In this document: positions 60,562 to 64,000 of the stretch, in pieces
How the letters are laid out: each line of letters begins with the position of its first letter
Position numbering within the stretch: the stretch's first letter is position 1
Assembly (NCBI GenBank): GCA_963717505.1
Contig: OY970342.1
Coordinates: forward strand, 3,712,001-3,776,000
Origin: Candidatus Eiseniibacteriota bacterium
GTDB lineage: Bacteria; Eisenbacteria; RBG-16-71-46
Length of the DNA: 64,000 bases
Reading direction: 5' to 3'
Program-made: the position numbers and the translations under genes
The notes under the pieces: model-generated
Told to the model about the DNA's origin: nothing
The model's database searches: none
The model's input: only the letters and a program-made list of their open reading frames with translations

Positions 60562-61077
60562 TCAGTTCGTCGCGGGGGTTTCGGTCGCGAGCGGGGCGCC
60601 CGCGCTTTCGGCCAGCTCGACCCCCGCCAGCGATGCGGCGTTGATCAGGTGGATCCCGGTGGTGGTGGTCAGGACGAAGAAGCCCGAGTCCAGACGATTG
60701 AGGAAGTCGGACAGGCGTTGGGTATCCCGCTCGAGCGGCATCCAGACGCGCCCCGACAGTCGCGTACCGTCGCAGAGAATCACGTCGGCGCGCTCCTCGC
60801 GCCAGGGTTGGAAGCCCCGCGCGTAGATGTCGCTCTGCAGGACGTGGCGCTGCGGCGTGACGCGGATCAGGTGGCGCCGGTGCACCAGATGCACGCGACC
60901 GTCCTCGCCGATCGCAACCGGGATGAACGGCGGCGACTCGTTGAGCTTCTCGAGGATCGTCTGGTGCTGCGATCCGGAGGCATCCAGGTCCAGGAACACC
61001 AGTCCGGCGACACCCTGCAGGTGGTCGGACCACAGGGTGACGGGGATCCTGCGCTTGGGGATGTAGTGGTCCATCAC
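60562..61077 (-). CDS. Hypothetical protein with two internal repeats (DUF6812-like)
   Basis: Halves share a pattern: G-x-V-[FW]...ILEKLN/LSDFLN...F[IF]...HL[VI]. Confidence 0.7.
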   Translation of the reverse strand: MMDHYIPKRRIPVTLWSDHLQGVAGLVFLDLDASGSQHQTILEKLNESPPFIPVAIGEDGRVHLVHRRHLIRVTPQRHVLQSDIYARGFQPWREERADVILCDGTRLSGRVWMPLERDTQRLSDFLNRLDSGFFVLTTTTGIHLINAASLAGVELAESAGAPLATETPATN

Positions 61078-61522
61078 TTCATCCTCGGGAAGGACGGGAA
61101 CGACCGAGAGGCGCCGGCCTGGGGCCGGCCGCCGCGAGGGCGCCGCGTTCCGGGCGCCCTGGCGGCGCTCGCGGTGGCCGATGGTTTCCCGTCACCGGGA
61201 CCGCGATGCCGTGGAGGTGCGTGGCACGATCGGTCGCTTCGCCTTCGACCGGACCGCACCTGCCCAGGATCAAGCAACCCCCTTGCCGCTCCACCGCCGC
61301 GAGGCCGCTCCTCGCCGAACTTGGCGCGCACCACGGGGAAACGCGTGCATGCCCCGGCTCGGAGGATTCGGGAGCGCGGCGTCGCTCATGCAGGATGCAC
61401 TCGGTTCACGTTCACGGGGCGGAATCTGCACGCGACCACAATCCGTTGCCGTCGCCCGGCGGGTCGGACGGCTCACGGCGAGGTGGGCGAGAGCGGAGCG
61501 GGCGAACACCAACGTCAGCGAA

Positions 61523-62230
61523 TCAGCGCTGCAGGACGCTCACGATCTTGAAGCGGAACGGGTAGGTGACGTTCCGGTCCCCGACGCGAAACACGAGGTC
61601 GACGCCCAGCACGCGATCCGTGTTCTGGATCGCGGTCTCGTCCTCGGTCAGCATCTGGCGGCGGAGCTGGCGCGGGTCCCCGGCCGGGTCCACCAGCTGG
61701 TCGATCGGGAAGACGTAGTCGCTGTAGCGCTGGAGCCCCGCGATCTGGGTCGGGGGTTGGCTGCCGTAGCGGTCGCTCCACCGCGTGGGGGCGTGCGCGA
61801 GCTTGCCCTTGCGGCCACGCCCGTCGTCGTACGTCGAGCGATCCCAGTCGATCCAGACCGGCGAGTTCTGCCGATTCTCGACCTGGAAGTAGAGCGCATC
61901 GGGCGCCGGCCGAAACGCGAACGACAGATCGCGGTCCTGGAAGTAGAAGCGATCGCTGGGCGGGTCGACCTGGCGGAATCGATAGGCGTAGAGCGCCGTC
62001 ACCGACCCGGGAATCGGGCCGACCGAGTCCCCGGCCCCGGCGACGATGCGCGTGAAACCGGTCTCGGGGTTGGGCTGCTGGATCTGCACGCCCTGGGGCT
62101 GCACGGCACCCCCCTCTTCGGTGGTGGCGCAGCCGAGCATGATTCCCACGGCCAGCAGGGCGACGGCCGCCAGAACGACGCGCAGGGGGCGCCACGACCG
62201 AATTCGTGTCAGGGAATGGAAACCCGTCAT
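61523..62230 (-). CDS. Hypothetical lipoprotein
   Basis: Lipobox MLGC; beta-rich domain (FQVENRQNSPVWIDWD); host-like codon usage. Confidence 0.8.
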   Translation of the reverse strand: MTGFHSLTRIRSWRPLRVVLAAVALLAVGIMLGCATTEEGGAVQPQGVQIQQPNPETGFTRIVAGAGDSVGPIPGSVTALYAYRFRQVDPPSDRFYFQDRDLSFAFRPAPDALYFQVENRQNSPVWIDWDRSTYDDGRGRKGKLAHAPTRWSDRYGSQPPTQIAGLQRYSDYVFPIDQLVDPAGDPRQLRRQMLTEDETAIQNTDRVLGVDLVFRVGDRNVTYPFRFKIVSVLQR

Positions 62231-62396
62231 GGCGCGAGACTAAGCGAACCGGACCCTGACACTCAACACGCCTAGCCCCCGTGGACATCCAGCTCAAGTC
62301 CGGCCGCCGCGCCGCCGAAGACACTCCATGAAGATCGTGCGCAAGGATGCGCCGCCGGCCATGACGGCCCGATCTCCATATTGTGGAGATTTCACG

Positions 62397-63005
62397 ATGC
62401 GGCTGGGCATCGAACACCGTCGCCGGCTCGCGGTCTTGACGACCGCAACCCTGGCGCTGACCGCGATTCCGCTTGCGGCTCGCGGCGCCGACCCCGAACT
62501 ACGGCCGGCCCACTTCGAGCCGCGCTGGAATCAGCCCGCCCCCGCCGCGCGCCTGGCGGCCATCAGCGAACGCGCCCATGAGGTGACGGCGGCGGTCGAA
62601 ATGGCGTTCGAGCCGCGCATCGTGGTCTACGCGCAACAGGTGGACTTCGAGGCGTCCGCTCATGCGACGGCGGTGACCCACCGGCTGGCGCGCGAGTTCG
62701 CGATGAGTTCCGCGGACGTCGGCGCGGCCCGAGCCTCGTGCGCCTCGTGGGGCGAACTGACCCTGGCGCTCACGCTCCGGGCGGGAGTCCGCTTCGCGAT
62801 CACGCCGGGACAGATCGCAGCACTCCACCGGGCCGGCACCGGTTGGACGCGAATCGCGCACGGTCTCGGACTCGACATCGACGACTTCGTGTTCGCGGCC
62901 CAGTCCGGGACCGACGTTGCCGCCGGCTGGAACGAGGCCGACGGCCTGGTGCCGGACATCGGTCCGGCCGACGAGGGCAATACCGCGATGAGCTTCGAAG
63001 ACTGA
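62397..63005 (+). CDS. Exported hypothetical protein
   Basis: GGAG RBS before ATG 62397; signal peptide; SWGEL...GTGWTRIAHGLGL helical motif; terminator downstream. Confidence 0.65.
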   Translation: MRLGIEHRRRLAVLTTATLALTAIPLAARGADPELRPAHFEPRWNQPAPAARLAAISERAHEVTAAVEMAFEPRIVVYAQQVDFEASAHATAVTHRLAREFAMSSADVGAARASCASWGELTLALTLRAGVRFAITPGQIAALHRAGTGWTRIAHGLGLDIDDFVFAAQSGTDVAAGWNEADGLVPDIGPADEGNTAMSFED

Positions 63006-63076
63006 TTCGACGTGGCCCAGGTACGGGCCATGGCAGCACCGCCCACGATGGGCGGGTTCACTCCAAGGATGGAATT

Positions 63077-63114
63077 CCGCGGGCGCTTCGCTGGAAGCGC
63101 CCGCGGTCTTTTTT
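63077..63114 (+). terminator. Intrinsic terminator between convergent genes
   Basis: Perfect 13-bp stem CCGCGGGCGCTTC / GAAGCGCCCGCGG, GCTG loop, then TCTTTTTT. Confidence 0.85.
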
Positions 63115-63136
63115 GGCGAGCAGCCCCGGGTCGGCC

Positions 63137-64000
63137 TCAGGCCGCCGCGCGGGCCGGACGGCCGAACGCATCGCGCAGCGCATCTTCGATCTCGGGAAAG
63201 CGGTGCCGGAACCCGGCGTCGAGCAGTCGGCGCGGGACGGCGCGCGTGCTGGCGAGCAGTGCTTCGTCCGCCATTTCTCCGAGCAGGGCACGCAAGGCGA
63301 ACGCGGGGGCCGGAACCACGGCGGGCCGGCGCAGGACGCGCCCCAGCGCTCGAACGAAGTCGCCATTTCGCACCGGCTCGGGCGCCACCAGGTTGTACGG
63401 TCCCGTGAGCCCGTGATTCTCGAGCGCCATGAGCGTCGCCGACAGAACGTCTTCGAGCGCGATCCAGGTCCACCAGGCGCGGCCGTTGCCGAACGGCCCG
63501 CCGGCGCCGTAGCGAAACGGCTTCAGCATTTTGGCGAGCGCGCCGCCGTGAGCCGCGAGCACGATGCCCAGCCGGAACGCCACGACCCGCGTCCCGGTAG
63601 CGCGCGCCGGCTCGGCGGCGGCTTCCCACGCCTCCGCGAGCCGCGGCATGAATCCGGTTCCAGGTTGGCTGTCCTCGGTGAGCAGTTCTTCGCCACGATC
63701 GCCGTAGTACCCGATCCCCGAGGCGGTGATCATCACCTGGGGCCTCGGCGATGCGAGCGCGATGCCCGAGGCCAACAAAGTCGTGCTCTGAACTCGGCTG
63801 TCCCAGATGCTGCGCTTGCGCGCCGCGTTCCAGCGGCCGGCGGAGACGTCCTCGCCCGCCAGGTTGATGACCGCGTCTGCGGCCTCGACCACCGCCGAGT
63901 CGAGCACGCCCGCCACCGGATCCCAAGGACGCTCGCGCGGGCCCCGCGGCGGCCGGCGCACCAGCCGCGTGAGGGTGTGTCCTGCACCCTCGAGGTACGG
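63137..64000 (-). CDS. TIGR01777/YfcH-like NAD-dependent epimerase family protein (5' end beyond the window)
   Basis: Frame is open to the right edge; AVINLAGE, SRVQST, ASGIGYYG, RLGIVL...GGAL, GPYNLVAP. Confidence 0.92.
   Translation of the reverse strand, partial: PYLEGAGHTLTRLVRRPPRGPRERPWDPVAGVLDSAVVEAADAVINLAGEDVSAGRWNAARKRSIWDSRVQSTTLLASGIALASPRPQVMITASGIGYYGDRGEELLTEDSQPGTGFMPRLAEAWEAAAEPARATGTRVVAFRLGIVLAAHGGALAKMLKPFRYGAGGPFGNGRAWWTWIALEDVLSATLMALENHGLTGPYNLVAPEPVRNGDFVRALGRVLRRPAVVPAPAFALRALLGEMADEALLASTRAVPRRLLDAGFRHRFPEIEDALRDAFGRPARAAA

Noticed and set aside
61078-61520. Possible small ORFs or ncRNA in this intergenic gap
   Set aside because: Candidate ORFs are low-complexity Arg/Gly/Pro-rich with no RBS; no convincing structure found.

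Overview
A high-GC bacterial chromosomal segment. It is gene-dense, with about 46 supportable CDSs; most long ORFs in the supplied track are GC-rich antisense or off-frame shadows. I found no rRNA, tRNA, CRISPR array or recognisable transposase/integrase. Five secreted proteins carry a C-terminal FlgD-Ig/T9SS-like sorting tail, and a PorV/PorQ-like barrel is present, which points to an FCB-affiliated diderm such as Ca. Eisenbacteria (inference). The rest is many peptidases/hydrolases, central-metabolism genes (PPi-PFK, two citrate synthases, proline dehydrogenase) and a lone BMC-T shell gene. Most notable: (1) a coupled operon DCC1-like CxxC oxidoreductase -> vitamin-K-carboxylase-like HTTM protein -> secreted Cys-free double-YHS protein interrupted by one in-frame UGA followed by a SECIS-like hairpin (candidate selenoprotein system); (2) a tightly coupled 12-kb operon: giant repeat surface protein -> PorV-like barrel-TPR -> HAMP-PP2C-anti-sigma-kinase fusion -> STAS -> GAF histidine kinase (candidate trans-envelope partner-switching system); (3) a small lipoprotein with perfectly mirror-symmetric Cys spacing around a poly-Asp/His loop; (4) an unannotated 32-aa Lys/Arg-rich ORF; (5) several apparently leaderless genes. 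Nine +1 frameshifts in conserved genes look like sequencing/assembly errors. All family calls come from motif recognition by eye; no database search was run.
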